From: a virus
Lineage: Duplodnaviria > Heunggongvirae > Uroviricota > Caudoviricetes
Length of the DNA: 26,032 bases
Virus record (IMG/VR): IMGVR_UViG_2565956624_000001
Location: 1-26,032 of that record
Strand: one strand, 5' to 3'
The notes under the pieces are model-generated. The model did not search any database. It had not been told where the DNA came from and was given only the letters and a program-made list of their open reading frames with translations. Each line of letters opens with the position of its first letter. Position 1 is the stretch's first letter. Made by a program: the position numbers and the translations under genes. Positions 6,513 through 15,756 of the stretch are shown piece after piece.

Positions 6513-7883
6513 ATGCCATCCAATTTAGAATTGGCGGTTAATGCTGCCTTGTCACAACGCCAGGCGGCCTTTGCCCGCTATGCAGCCGCTAACCCATTCT
6601 CAATGGGTATTGATGCAAAACGTGACGCTGCGTGGAGTGAATACGGATTCAAAGAAGAAATCACCTATGAAGATCTTTACAAGCTGTATCGTCGCGGTGG
6701 TATCGCTCACGGTGCCATTGAGAAGATCATTACTACGTGCTGGCGCACCAGGCCAACGCTGATTGAAGGTACGGAAGACGAGAAAACAGAAACGGAAACG
6801 CCGTGGGAAAGAGAAATTAAAAAGCAATTTGATAATCGTTTCTGGCGCGTCATAGCTGAATGCGATCGCCGCCGCCTCATCGGTCGTTATGCGGGCCTGT
6901 TAATTCATGTCAGAGATAATAAGCCGTGGGATCAGCCAGTAACAAAAGGCGTAGGCATTGCCAAATTCACCCCTGTGTGGGCTGGTGCTCTTACGCCGAA
7001 GGACTTCGAAGAAAACCCGGATAAAGAAAACTATGGCCTGCCAACATGGTGGGAATACAAAGAACGCATTAACAGTAAGACCATTGCGAGAAAGATCCAC
7101 CCTGATCGCATATTCATATTTGGCGACTATTCTGATGATGCCATCGCTTTCCTTGAGCCTTCCTATAACGCCTTTGTGTCACTGGAGAAAGTGGAAGGCG
7201 GCAGCGGTGAGTCATTCCTGAAAAATGCCGCGCGTCAACTGGCTATCTCGTTCGATAAAGAGATTGATTTCCGTTCCCTGGCTGCAACATACGATTGCGA
7301 CGTTACAGAGCTACGCGAGAAATTCAACGAGGCAGCAGCAGAAATGAACAGGGGTAATGATGTGATGATGGCATTACAAGGGGCAAGTGTTAGCCCGCTG
7401 GTGACTGCCGTAGCCGATCCATCTGCAACCTATGACGTCAACCTGCAAACTGCCGCCGCTGGTATCGACATCCCGACGCGTATCCTGGTTGGGAATCAGC
7501 AGGGTGAACGCGCATCAACTGAAGACCTCCGCTACTTCAATAATCGCTGTATGACCCGCCGCGAGGAAATAGGAGGCGAGCTTGAAGAACTATTCCGCAA
7601 GATGGCAAATCTCCGCCTTATCGGTATGCCAGTAGACGTATCTGTACTGTGGGACGACCTTAACGCCATGACCAAAGCCGAACTACTGGAAGCGGCACAC
7701 AAAATGGCGCAAATCAATCAGGCTTGCCTGGCTACTGGTGAAGAAATATTTAGCGGTGACGAGATCCGCGAGGCTGCCGGATACGATGGCCCAGCCAGTG
7801 TAGTGGAAATGGAAGAGGAAAACGATGATGAAGGTGAAGAAAATAATCAGGCGAATACCTCCCGCCGCGATAATGCCATCTAA
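6513..7883 (+). CDS. portal protein (putative)
   Basis: 456 aa, acidic C-terminus, immediately downstream of the large terminase; ATG 6513 with AGGAG 8 nt upstream (the track start is 6492). Assignment rests mainly on synteny and size. Confidence 0.65.
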   Translation: MPSNLELAVNAALSQRQAAFARYAAANPFSMGIDAKRDAAWSEYGFKEEITYEDLYKLYRRGGIAHGAIEKIITTCWRTRPTLIEGTEDEKTETETPWEREIKKQFDNRFWRVIAECDRRRLIGRYAGLLIHVRDNKPWDQPVTKGVGIAKFTPVWAGALTPKDFEENPDKENYGLPTWWEYKERINSKTIARKIHPDRIFIFGDYSDDAIAFLEPSYNAFVSLEKVEGGSGESFLKNAARQLAISFDKEIDFRSLAATYDCDVTELREKFNEAAAEMNRGNDVMMALQGASVSPLVTAVADPSATYDVNLQTAAAGIDIPTRILVGNQQGERASTEDLRYFNNRCMTRREEIGGELEELFRKMANLRLIGMPVDVSVLWDDLNAMTKAELLEAAHKMAQINQACLATGEEIFSGDEIREAAGYDGPASVVEMEEENDDEGEENNQANTSRRDNAI

Positions 7884-8769
7884 CACCGAAGACCCGACCA
7901 TGACAGGTAAGTTACGGTCGGGAGCTATTAAGCGTTTCAAATCCTGCCTGAAGAAAATAGCCGATCCATATATCGCCATACTGGACAGAATACAATATAG
8001 CCTGGCTGTTAATAAGAAATACACCTTCCAGATTTACATGGATGAATTGCACGACATGCTGGAGGACGCCAGCGACATGATTGATGAGATATTCGAGCTA
8101 ACCGACCCGGAAAGTTTTTGGTTTTGGCAGGAATACGTGAAGGTGGCATATCAGCGCGGCACGGCACAGGAATACGCCAACCTTGCCAACCAGTCTGTTA
8201 CTTACTCAAGCGCTTATCCTGATGTATCCGCCGTGCTATCAAGTACGACTTACCGCACGCGCCTTGCCCTTGTTCGTACCCGTGTATTTGAGGAAATGCG
8301 CGGGCTAACAGCACAGATCAAGAAGGATATGGCCCGGCGATTAACCGAAGGGATGGCCCGTGGTTTAAATCCACTGGAAATAGCGCGCACATTGCAGCAG
8401 GAAACGCAATTGCCGCTATACAGGTGCAAACGTATTGCCCGAACTGAAATATGCACAGCGTTACGCACAGCGCGTATGGATGAGGCAGAAGCGGCGACAG
8501 AAGAGCTTAATCTGCGCACCATGCAAATGCACATTTCGGCATTGTCACCGACTACCAGGCTATCGCACGCGCAGCGGCACGGGAAAACATACACCATAGA
8601 TGAGCAGCGCGAATGGTGGAGCAGATCCCCAAATTCAATTAACTGCAAATGTAGCACGATTACCGTATTGGTTGACGAAGACGGTAACATATTAAACAAA
8701 CGAATATTAGATCGGGCGCAAGAAAACTATAAGGTTGCGCACGCTAAATATGGCGAAGATTGGGAGTAA
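7825..8769 (+). CDS. head morphogenesis protein, Mu F / SPP1 gp7-like
   Basis: Position after the portal; conserved-looking block (...CKRIARTEICTALRTARMDEAE...) typical of MuF-family minor head proteins from memory. Start uncertain; 7825 has GAGG upstream but overlaps the portal 3' end by 59 nt. Confidence 0.65.
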   Translation: MMKVKKIIRRIPPAAIMPSNTEDPTMTGKLRSGAIKRFKSCLKKIADPYIAILDRIQYSLAVNKKYTFQIYMDELHDMLEDASDMIDEIFELTDPESFWFWQEYVKVAYQRGTAQEYANLANQSVTYSSAYPDVSAVLSSTTYRTRLALVRTRVFEEMRGLTAQIKKDMARRLTEGMARGLNPLEIARTLQQETQLPLYRCKRIARTEICTALRTARMDEAEAATEELNLRTMQMHISALSPTTRLSHAQRHGKTYTIDEQREWWSRSPNSINCKCSTITVLVDEDGNILNKRILDRAQENYKVAHAKYGEDWE

Positions 8770-10042
8770 AACCGTGAGTAAAGAATTGATTCAGGTTAAT
8801 ACCAAATTAACCGCTAATACCATACGCCGGGAAACGTATAACGGGCGTGAACACATTGTAGTTCCGTCATATACGTTGCCCTTCAATATTGTTATGAATC
8901 GGGAATATTACCCGGAAGCTGAAATTATCGCTAATTACCAGTCGCTGGAGGGAACACTTGCCCCGTTAGGTCATCCTACCGTGGACGGTAAATTTGTTTC
9001 CGCATTTAGCCCGGAAGGATTAAACACGGGTTTTTGTGGGGCGTGGAACAGAAACGTAGAATTACGCGGCAATCGTGTTTATGTGGAAAAATGGGTGGAT
9101 GTTGAAACCGCCAGCCATTCAGAACAGGGCCGCGAATTATTGAGCCGACTGGAAGCACTGGAAAAAGGCGAAAGCAAAGATCCGATCTGGTCATCTGTTG
9201 CAGTATATCGTCAGCGTATGCCAGCTACTGAAGAAATGAAAGCCCAGGGTGCTGACAGCGTTGTCAAAATTATGTCGATTGACCATGACGCTATCTTACT
9301 TCATGAACCGCCAGCCGCATCGCCAGAGCAGGGCGTTGGCCTGATGGTTAACACTGACCAGGCGAAGCCGTTAATGGCGGTGGCAATGAAAGAAAACAGT
9401 TATCGCACGCTTGAAAGACAATTGGAAGAAGCTGCGCGTGAACTGTTCTCCGACGCAGATTATGTCTATGTTGTGGACTTCACCGATAAAGAAGTGACAA
9501 TTGCCACTAATACCGAAAGTGCTCAAGTTTGCACATATGAAAAACAGGCTGATAAAATTATTCTCAATAATGGCGAGCTTGCAACCAATGAGGAAAGTAA
9601 ATCCTGGTTCGCTCAGTTCGCTGAACACCTATCTAATCTTTTCTCCCTGAATGAAAAAATTAAGGCCAATAAATCGGAGGGTGAACCCATGCCTTTGACC
9701 AAAGAAGAACGCGCCGAACTGGTGAAAGAAATTAACGAAAGCATCACCGCTAATATGGCTAATGCAATCGCTGAAGCACTTAAACCAGTACAGGCAAGCG
9801 TAGAAGAATTACAGACCAATCAGAAAGCGATTAAAGAAGAGATCGCAGCAAACGCAGATAAAGAAGTAGCAGAAAAACGCGCCGCAGTAGCAAAAGTGCA
9901 CGGCGAAATTGTTGCTAACGCTTTAAGTGGTGAAGCGTTAGAAGCAATGTTTAAATCCCTGGGCAAAGCCGCGCCGATGGCAACCAACGCAGCAAGCGAA
10001 GGTAAAAAAGGCGAAGTACCAGACTTTAACACTTATTTCTAA
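8750..10042 (+). CDS. capsid scaffolding protein, possibly a protease-scaffold fusion
   Basis: About 430 aa between MuF and the capsid genes; C-terminal half is alanine/glutamate-rich coiled-coil-like (EELQTNQKAIKEEIAANADKEVAEKRAAVAK). N-terminal start 8735, 8750 or 8774 uncertain. Confidence 0.5.
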   Translation: MAKIGSKTVSKELIQVNTKLTANTIRRETYNGREHIVVPSYTLPFNIVMNREYYPEAEIIANYQSLEGTLAPLGHPTVDGKFVSAFSPEGLNTGFCGAWNRNVELRGNRVYVEKWVDVETASHSEQGRELLSRLEALEKGESKDPIWSSVAVYRQRMPATEEMKAQGADSVVKIMSIDHDAILLHEPPAASPEQGVGLMVNTDQAKPLMAVAMKENSYRTLERQLEEAARELFSDADYVYVVDFTDKEVTIATNTESAQVCTYEKQADKIILNNGELATNEESKSWFAQFAEHLSNLFSLNEKIKANKSEGEPMPLTKEERAELVKEINESITANMANAIAEALKPVQASVEELQTNQKAIKEEIAANADKEVAEKRAAVAKVHGEIVANALSGEALEAMFKSLGKAAPMATNAASEGKKGEVPDFNTYF

Positions 10043-10058
10043 TTAAAAGGGGATCACA

Positions 10059-10487
10059 ATGTTTCGTTTTCGTCGTGTAAATATTGATGGCAAGTCAATT
10101 ACCGAAACCTATGCAGCCAATGAGGCGGTGAAGCCCGGTGAACTGGTTAAACTGGCTGAAGGTAAATTCGCTAAAGCAGCCCTTGCAGATGTTGGCAAGG
10201 CCCAACTTTTCATCGTTAACCCAGCATTCCATGAAGGCAAAACCATTGCTGATGAAATTGCTAAAGGTGCAACCGTTGTTGCTGATTATGTGGAGCAGGG
10301 CCGTGAGTTTGCTCTTCGTGTCCCTGCCGCAGCATACAAAAAGGGGGCAGCTATCGCTTTCACGGCTACTGGCGTCAAGCTGTTTACCGAGCCACTTGAA
10401 TCAGCACCCGCAGATCCGATTGTCGCATACTGCCAGGAAGACGTAACCCTGGAAGCGGAAGACTTTATCCGCGTTCGCGTCGCTTAA
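10059..10487 (+). CDS. head structural protein (decoration or accessory capsid protein, putative)
   Basis: ATG with AAAGGGGA upstream; 142 aa; sits between scaffold and major capsid genes. Confidence 0.45.
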   Translation: MFRFRRVNIDGKSITETYAANEAVKPGELVKLAEGKFAKAALADVGKAQLFIVNPAFHEGKTIADEIAKGATVVADYVEQGREFALRVPAAAYKKGAAIAFTATGVKLFTEPLESAPADPIVAYCQEDVTLEAEDFIRVRVA

Positions 10488-10504
10488 TTTAAAAGGGGGA
10501 AAAC

Positions 10505-11569
10505 ATGTACTTTACTAAAGAAAACCTTGCTACCAACGCCCGTATGCAGGGCCATTGGAAAGAACTGTGGGCGCAACGCAATATCTTCAACGAGCAGCAC
10601 AACGCCATGATTGCAGCAAATCAGGCAAATATGACCGCTGAAATGTTGACCTGTAACGCCGTCGGCGGCTTCGCAAAAGAATTCTGGAAAGAAATAGATA
10701 ACCAGATTATCGAACTGAACACCGAAGAAATCGGTATTGAAATCGTCAACGACCTGATGGGTGTGCAAACCGTACTGCCTATCGGTAAAACGCTGAAAAT
10801 GTACAGCGTATCCGGCGACATCAACGATGAAGTCGTGATGTCTATGGATGGTCAAGCGCCGCACGGCTTTGATCACACCGAATACGGCAGCGATGGCGAC
10901 CCGATCCCGATGTTCGCGGCTGGTTATGGTGTCAACTGGCGTCTTGCTCAAGGTCTGAATACTGTAGGTATCGATCTCGCCCTGGATAGCCAACGCCTGA
11001 AACTGAAAAAATTCAATAAAGCCCGCGTACAGTTCTATCTGAACGGTAACGACAATATCGTGGTAGATGGTCATAAAGCAATGGGTATTAAAAACCACAA
11101 AAACACCCAGCAACTTAAACTGAAATCTGTCGCTAAAATCGACCTGACCACCGCGACTTTCGATAAGATTATTGAATTCTTTACCACTGGTGAGTTCGGG
11201 AAACTGGCCCGCGCCAACTTCGTAGCTAAATACGATGTAATGTGGGTATCGCCAGAAATCATGGCTAACCTGGCACGCCCACACATCGTTAATGGCGCAA
11301 TTGTTGGTAGTGTACTGGATGTTATCAAGCCGTTTGTCCCGGTTGATGATATTCGCCAGACCTATGCGCTGACTGGCAACGAATTTATCGCTTATCAGCG
11401 TAGTCGCAGCGTCATCACCCCGCTGATTGGCATGACCACTGGCGTAGTTCCGTTACCGCGCATGATGCCGACCGATAACTACAACTTCCGCATTATGTCT
11501 GCTGAGGGTCTTCAGATCACCTGTGATATGAAAGGTCGTTCAGGTGTGGTCTACGGCAGCAATACCTGA
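10505..11569 (+). CDS. major capsid protein (putative)
   Basis: ATG with AAAGGGGGAAAAC upstream; 354 aa; follows scaffold and decoration genes and is followed by a strong terminator. Assignment by synteny. Confidence 0.7.
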   Translation: MYFTKENLATNARMQGHWKELWAQRNIFNEQHNAMIAANQANMTAEMLTCNAVGGFAKEFWKEIDNQIIELNTEEIGIEIVNDLMGVQTVLPIGKTLKMYSVSGDINDEVVMSMDGQAPHGFDHTEYGSDGDPIPMFAAGYGVNWRLAQGLNTVGIDLALDSQRLKLKKFNKARVQFYLNGNDNIVVDGHKAMGIKNHKNTQQLKLKSVAKIDLTTATFDKIIEFFTTGEFGKLARANFVAKYDVMWVSPEIMANLARPHIVNGAIVGSVLDVIKPFVPVDDIRQTYALTGNEFIAYQRSRSVITPLIGMTTGVVPLPRMMPTDNYNFRIMSAEGLQITCDMKGRSGVVYGSNT

Positions 11570-11588
11570 TTGATGTGTTTCTGTAACT

Positions 11589-11617
11589 CCCCGGCGCGAT
11601 GCCGGGGATTTTTTTTG
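11589..11617 (+). terminator. intrinsic terminator after the capsid gene
   Basis: CCCCGGC-GCGAT-GCCGGGG hairpin followed by ATTTTTTTT. Confidence 0.7.
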
Positions 11618-11634
11618 TATGTGGAGAAAACAAA

Positions 11635-12021
11635 ATGGTCACTACAGAACAGGCGCGGGAATATCTTGAAAGCCAGGGTATTGACCTGCCAGACATTATC
11701 TTATCTTTGCTGGTGGAGCAGGCAAATAGCGTTAATGAATGCCTTGATGCCAACTATCCGGCCTCCACTGCAACATTGATTCAGCTTTATCTGATTGGAC
11801 TGTTAGGACTCAGCCAGGCTGATAAATACGTCTCATCGCAGACGGGTCCGAACGGTGCAAGCCAGTCATACCGCTATGTCGATTTCAACAAACGATGGAA
11901 GGCGGCCTATTCGTTGCTTTACTCACTTGATAAACATCACTGTACAGCCGAACTAATTCCAGCAGATCCAGAAAACACCGCGCACGCCGGACTGTGGATA
12001 GGTAAAAGCGGGAGGATGTAA
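11635..12021 (+). CDS. head-tail connector / head completion protein (putative)
   Basis: ATG 11635 with GGAGAAAA upstream; 128 aa; first gene after the capsid terminator. Confidence 0.45.
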   Translation: MVTTEQAREYLESQGIDLPDIILSLLVEQANSVNECLDANYPASTATLIQLYLIGLLGLSQADKYVSSQTGPNGASQSYRYVDFNKRWKAAYSLLYSLDKHHCTAELIPADPENTAHAGLWIGKSGRM

Positions 12022-12023
12022 CA

Positions 12024-12209
12024 ATGTGGAACGACCTGACATTACCGGATCCGCTATTGCCGAAACTGTTTACCCGCGTGTGGGTGAAGACAGACACCGG
12101 GCGACAGGTGGCAGCCTACCTCAATGATGCTGGTGAATGGGTAATTCTTTGCCCGCACGTAGCTAAAACCCATCCGAAAATCGTTAAATGGAGCTATGGC
12201 TATGAGTAA
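12024..12209 (+). CDS. hypothetical small virion-module protein
   Basis: ATG with GGGAGG 9 nt upstream; 61 aa. Confidence 0.45.
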   Translation: MWNDLTLPDPLLPKLFTRVWVKTDTGRQVAAYLNDAGEWVILCPHVAKTHPKIVKWSYGYE

Positions 12210-12570
12210 GATCGCGAGATTCAGCTACAAAGCGTTGGCCACCATTTACCCAGTGACGCGTGACGACTGGACAAACTCCGACGTATACGGAACGCCATAC
12301 CTGATTGATTGTGCATGGGAACGCACTGACGGAACCGCAACAGACGCAAACGGGAATGAGATTAGCAACACAATAACCGTATATACCGAACTGCTTTACA
12401 AAATGCAGCCAGTGCAGCGCCCGGAAAAAGGGTGGATGCTTGCTACTGGCGACACTACCGCTATTGCTGACCCTCTGGCGGCTGGAGCCAATTTTATAAC
12501 CGGGATCGTTGAATGGGACATGAGTATGTTTAACGACACTCCGGATTATAAGATCGTCACAGGAGGTTAA
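12202..12570 (+). CDS. head-tail joining protein (putative)
   Basis: Track ORF 12196-12570; ATG 12202 has better GGAG spacing than 12196; overlaps the upstream stop. Confidence 0.45.
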   Translation: MSKIARFSYKALATIYPVTRDDWTNSDVYGTPYLIDCAWERTDGTATDANGNEISNTITVYTELLYKMQPVQRPEKGWMLATGDTTAIADPLAAGANFITGIVEWDMSMFNDTPDYKIVTGG

Positions 12571-12572
12571 TC

Positions 12573-13046
12573 ATGCCACTGAAAGGCGTCAGACGTGTCC
12601 GTATGAAAATGACGGAAGAAATCAGGAATATAGCAGACAAAAAGACTTATGAAGTGCTATGGATTGTTGGCAATGTCGCGTCCGGCCTTGCATCTGGAAT
12701 GACGCCAGTTGATACGGGTTTTTTAATTAACAGCATGTACCAGACTGTCGAGAAAAACGGCAACGGCCTTTGCCTCAGGGTTGGATATACCGCCCGCTAT
12801 GCTGAATGGGTGCATGACATGCCAGGGACATTAATGGGACAGCCTCGCGAGCATTTCGGGAAAACCAATAACCTTTCAGATTTCGGCCCGAAACAGGTAG
12901 TTGAGTTCGGCGGCGGTACTGGTAAGGGTTACTACTGGGATCCAAACGCTGAACCTGAATTTTTGCGCAAGGCGTTCGAGGAACCAGATAATTTTAATGA
13001 GATCTGGAACACGATTAAACTTGGGTACTGGACGAAACAATCATGA
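12573..13046 (+). CDS. tail component, HK97 gp10-like (putative)
   Basis: ATG with GGAGG 7 nt upstream; 157 aa; position in the head-tail joining block. Confidence 0.45.
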   Translation: MPLKGVRRVRMKMTEEIRNIADKKTYEVLWIVGNVASGLASGMTPVDTGFLINSMYQTVEKNGNGLCLRVGYTARYAEWVHDMPGTLMGQPREHFGKTNNLSDFGPKQVVEFGGGTGKGYYWDPNAEPEFLRKAFEEPDNFNEIWNTIKLGYWTKQS

Positions 13047-13429
13047 AACGCAGCGAAGTATACGATGAAATAAGGGATTGGATTAAGTCCCACGGGTACG
13101 ACGAAGGTTATATTTTGCAGGCCCGTTTCTGGAATGAGAGATCCAATTCTAATAAAGACAGATACATTGTCATACAGCAAAACGGCGGCGCGGCGGGAGA
13201 AGAGGCGATAACCCGTGACTATTTTCGCATCCTGGTTATTTCAGCGCGTAACGATGCAAATATTAGTGAAGTGGAAGACCTCGCCGACGCAATACGTCAA
13301 AGTATGATAACCGAGTATAAAACTGATAAAATTACACACATGAAGCCAGTTGGCGCTATTCCCGCAATGCAGACGAGAGAAGGGCGCTTTATTTTTACCG
13401 TAGCTTTTCAAACCATAATATCCAGATAA
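13043..13429 (+). CDS. tail completion / tail terminator protein (putative)
   Basis: ATG overlaps the upstream stop (ATGA); 128 aa; immediately precedes the major tail protein gene. Confidence 0.45.
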   Translation: MKRSEVYDEIRDWIKSHGYDEGYILQARFWNERSNSNKDRYIVIQQNGGAAGEEAITRDYFRILVISARNDANISEVEDLADAIRQSMITEYKTDKITHMKPVGAIPAMQTREGRFIFTVAFQTIISR

Positions 13430-13442
13430 GAGGTAACTAAAC

Positions 13443-13919
13443 ATGTCTCAGACTTGCGAAAAAGGCACGTTTACAGGCCGTGACGTTGCTGTATTCTTCG
13501 CTATCGCTTGTCCAAATGCGAAGCCGGAAGCTGAAGCGTACAAAGCGTTAGGCATGATGCGTGGTAAAACACTTTCCGTTGAATGGGAAACCGCTGACGC
13601 CACCGCCGATAAATCAGCCGATTACACGAAAGAATCAATGGTTACTTACAAATCCGTTTCTTTCTCCGGCGACGGTGTGTCCCGCACTGAAGAAATCCAT
13701 AATCAGAAAGCACTGAAACGCCACGTAATTACGCCAGGTGAAACCACCGGATCACAACCTTATGTATGGCTGAAGATCGTTTCTCCTGTAGACGTAACTG
13801 AAGGCCCATTCCTTTGCACTTCCTTTAAAGAAGAAGATCCGCATGATGATGTTTCCACCTGGTCTATTGAGTGCGAAAGCGCTGGCAAGGTAACGGTAGG
13901 CGACGTTCCGCCAGCATAA
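13443..13919 (+). CDS. major tail protein (putative)
   Basis: 158 aa; followed by a strong terminator; precedes the chaperone and tape measure genes. Confidence 0.55.
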   Translation: MSQTCEKGTFTGRDVAVFFAIACPNAKPEAEAYKALGMMRGKTLSVEWETADATADKSADYTKESMVTYKSVSFSGDGVSRTEEIHNQKALKRHVITPGETTGSQPYVWLKIVSPVDVTEGPFLCTSFKEEDPHDDVSTWSIECESAGKVTVGDVPPA

Positions 13920-13937
13920 CAGCCAATATTAACAATC

Positions 13938-13962
13938 GGGGCCATTTGGCCCCTTTTCTTTT
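13938..13962 (+). terminator. intrinsic terminator after the major tail gene
   Basis: GGGGCC-ATTT-GGCCCC hairpin followed by TTTTCTTTT. Confidence 0.65.
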
Positions 13963-13974
13963 AAGGTGAATACT

Positions 13975-14673
13975 ATGATCCATGTTCGTACAGGACAATT
14001 TGCTGCCGTGGTGAACGGTAAGCGCTATGAGTTTAATCCTTGCTTTGCTGCGATGGCTAAAATCGGCAACGATAGTGAGCTTGTCGAATATTTCGCACTT
14101 ATCCACGGCGGCAAATATCCATCACGATTGCCAGCAGATCCAGACCTACGCAATCGCATTCTGGCGCGGTGTTATGGTGAAATAGTTCAGACATCAATGC
14201 ACATCCTGAAATGTTGCTCAGACGACGAAATAGGCCCGTTATTGGGCGAATGCTGGTTTACTCCTTCGGGTAAGTTAAAGTTAAAGCCCGGATTAATGCC
14301 GATCGAGGATATCATCACGCTTGCGCAGCACTGCATGTACCACGGTCTTATTGGTGATGGCCCGGAAGAAGAGTCCGGGGAAATCCCGGAAGGGGAATAT
14401 AAGCCGACTTTTAACGTCCTTGAATTCGTCTATTCTGCCGTTGCTCACCTGGGCTTGTCAGAATCGGAAGCATGGAATATGACAATGACCGGATATAGGG
14501 CCGCTGTACGCGCTAAAACGCCGCCAGACGAAAGAAACGAGAAAAGTAAGCCAAACATTCACATAAATAAACGTGCTTATGACGAGCAAATGGAGGCCGC
14601 TAAAAAGGCACTAGAAAGAATGAAAAATCGTGAGCAAGAAAAGCCCGGTAGATCCGGGCGTTTTGCTAATTGA
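13975..14673 (+). CDS. tail assembly chaperone (putative)
   Basis: Track ORF 13966-14673; ATG 13975 with AAGGTGA upstream; position between major tail and tape measure. No frameshift partner ORF is visible. Confidence 0.4.
   Translation: MIHVRTGQFAAVVNGKRYEFNPCFAAMAKIGNDSELVEYFALIHGGKYPSRLPADPDLRNRILARCYGEIVQTSMHILKCCSDDEIGPLLGECWFTPSGKLKLKPGLMPIEDIITLAQHCMYHGLIGDGPEEESGEIPEGEYKPTFNVLEFVYSAVAHLGLSESEAWNMTMTGYRAAVRAKTPPDERNEKSKPNIHINKRAYDEQMEAAKKALERMKNREQEKPGRSGRFAN
14643..14666 (-). terminator. hairpin likely terminating the minus-strand lipoprotein operon, embedded in the 3' end of the chaperone gene
   Basis: GCCCGG-TAGAT-CCGGGC stem; on the minus strand it is followed by TTTTCTT, on the plus strand by GTTTTGC. 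Confidence 0.45.
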
Positions 14674-15040
14674 AATCTTTAATTGCTGTACCTGGTGAAC
14701 TGTGTGTGATTGTATTGTATACAGACTTTGCCTTACTGCGATCTTTCCATTCTTTTAGGATGCAGTTATCAAACTTTGCGATAACCCTTGAAGGGGATAA
14801 TTCTTCAACATCCATGTAAGTAAATCCTATCGTGCTGGTTACTGAATACCATACGTGATAACTATAATTACCGTCATGCTCGATTCTTTGTGGTTCCCCC
14901 ATTATTTTATTCACTTGCTCACAAGTCATTCCAACTTGCAAATTTTTATCAGCTAACTTAACGAAATCAGTTGATCTTGCGCACCCTGTAAGAGCTAAAG
15001 CCATAACACCAATGAGAACCGCTTTGATTATTTTTTTCAT
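14666..15040 (-). CDS. lipoprotein with BamE/SmpA-OmlA-like region (moron)
   Basis: Signal peptide plus lipobox LTGC; segment LQVGMTCEQVNKIMGEP resembles the BamE-type core from memory; AAGGGG upstream of the ATG; antisense to flanking tail genes. Confidence 0.55.
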   Translation of the reverse strand: MKKIIKAVLIGVMALALTGCARSTDFVKLADKNLQVGMTCEQVNKIMGEPQRIEHDGNYSYHVWYSVTSTIGFTYMDVEELSPSRVIAKFDNCILKEWKDRSKAKSVYNTITHSSPGTAIKDFN

Positions 15041-15050
15041 GATTTACCCC

Positions 15051-15710
15051 TTAATTCCAGTTGCAAGCGTTTTTCACTTTGTCGATGTGGTTATAAAGAC
15101 CATCAATGTTAAACACTGCTTTCTCAATGTCGCCAGCTTCCGGCACTACTTCAATGATGAATTGTTTTTCGTTAACCAGTTTTTTAATCATTGGGATGGC
15201 TTTTTTGCCGTCCCATAATCCAAGAGCTTTATAATTAGTTGACCGCCACCACTCAGTAGCTACAGCTTTGTGAACGCCGATCCGGTAGTTAATATAAGTA
15301 GTGTCCCCGGCGTCAGTTACATGGTGTGACCATGCTACGAACATTTTTGTTTTATTACCCTGGCAAGCGATTGTTAATACCGGTTTATTCTTATCCTGTG
15401 CCTTCAGTGTCGGGAAAGCATCAAGACTTCCGCTGAATTGTTCTGCTTTCACAAAAAGGAATACGTTTTTTGCGTCCTGCATATCATCTTTTCTTTCAAC
15501 TACAAGCCACTGTTTACCAGCATTTTCTTTTTCTAACTGTGCATCGTATGCGGCTTGTTTTGCTTGTTGTTCTGCAAGCCATTTAGCATTTTTCTCTGCT
15601 AATGCTTGTTGCTCTTGATTGGTCACTATAGGCGCTTTTTCATTATCCTCATTGCAACCAACCAGACCCAATACCGCCGCAATCATTGCCACTTTTGCTA
15701 ACCGTTTCAT
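15051..15710 (-). CDS. lipoprotein, function unknown (moron)
   Basis: Signal peptide plus lipobox LVGC (MKRLAKVAMIAAVLGLVGCNE); 219 aa; first gene of a two-gene minus-strand operon. Confidence 0.55.
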   Translation of the reverse strand: MKRLAKVAMIAAVLGLVGCNEDNEKAPIVTNQEQQALAEKNAKWLAEQQAKQAAYDAQLEKENAGKQWLVVERKDDMQDAKNVFLFVKAEQFSGSLDAFPTLKAQDKNKPVLTIACQGNKTKMFVAWSHHVTDAGDTTYINYRIGVHKAVATEWWRSTNYKALGLWDGKKAIPMIKKLVNEKQFIIEVVPEAGDIEKAVFNIDGLYNHIDKVKNACNWN

Positions 15711-15756
15711 AACCCACCACGCTAACTTGATTTACTGACCATTCCCTTTAGCTTCC

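Noticed and set aside
7825-7883. 59-nt overlap between portal 3' end and MuF-like gene start as a programmed frameshift site
   Set aside because: More simply explained by start-codon uncertainty for the MuF-like gene (alternative in-frame ATGs at 7873 and 7900); no slippery heptamer was evident.
8250-8699. 149-aa minus-strand ORF
   Set aside because: Antisense inside the MuF-like gene; Ser/Arg/Cys-rich low-complexity translation typical of shadow frames.
10484-11284. 266-aa minus-strand ORF from the track
   Set aside because: Lies entirely antisense within the major capsid gene, which has a strong RBS, a good start and a terminator; likely a shadow ORF.
15301-15618. 105-aa plus-strand ORF
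   Set aside because: Antisense within the 219-aa lipoprotein gene; Cys/Ser/Phe-rich low-complexity translation.
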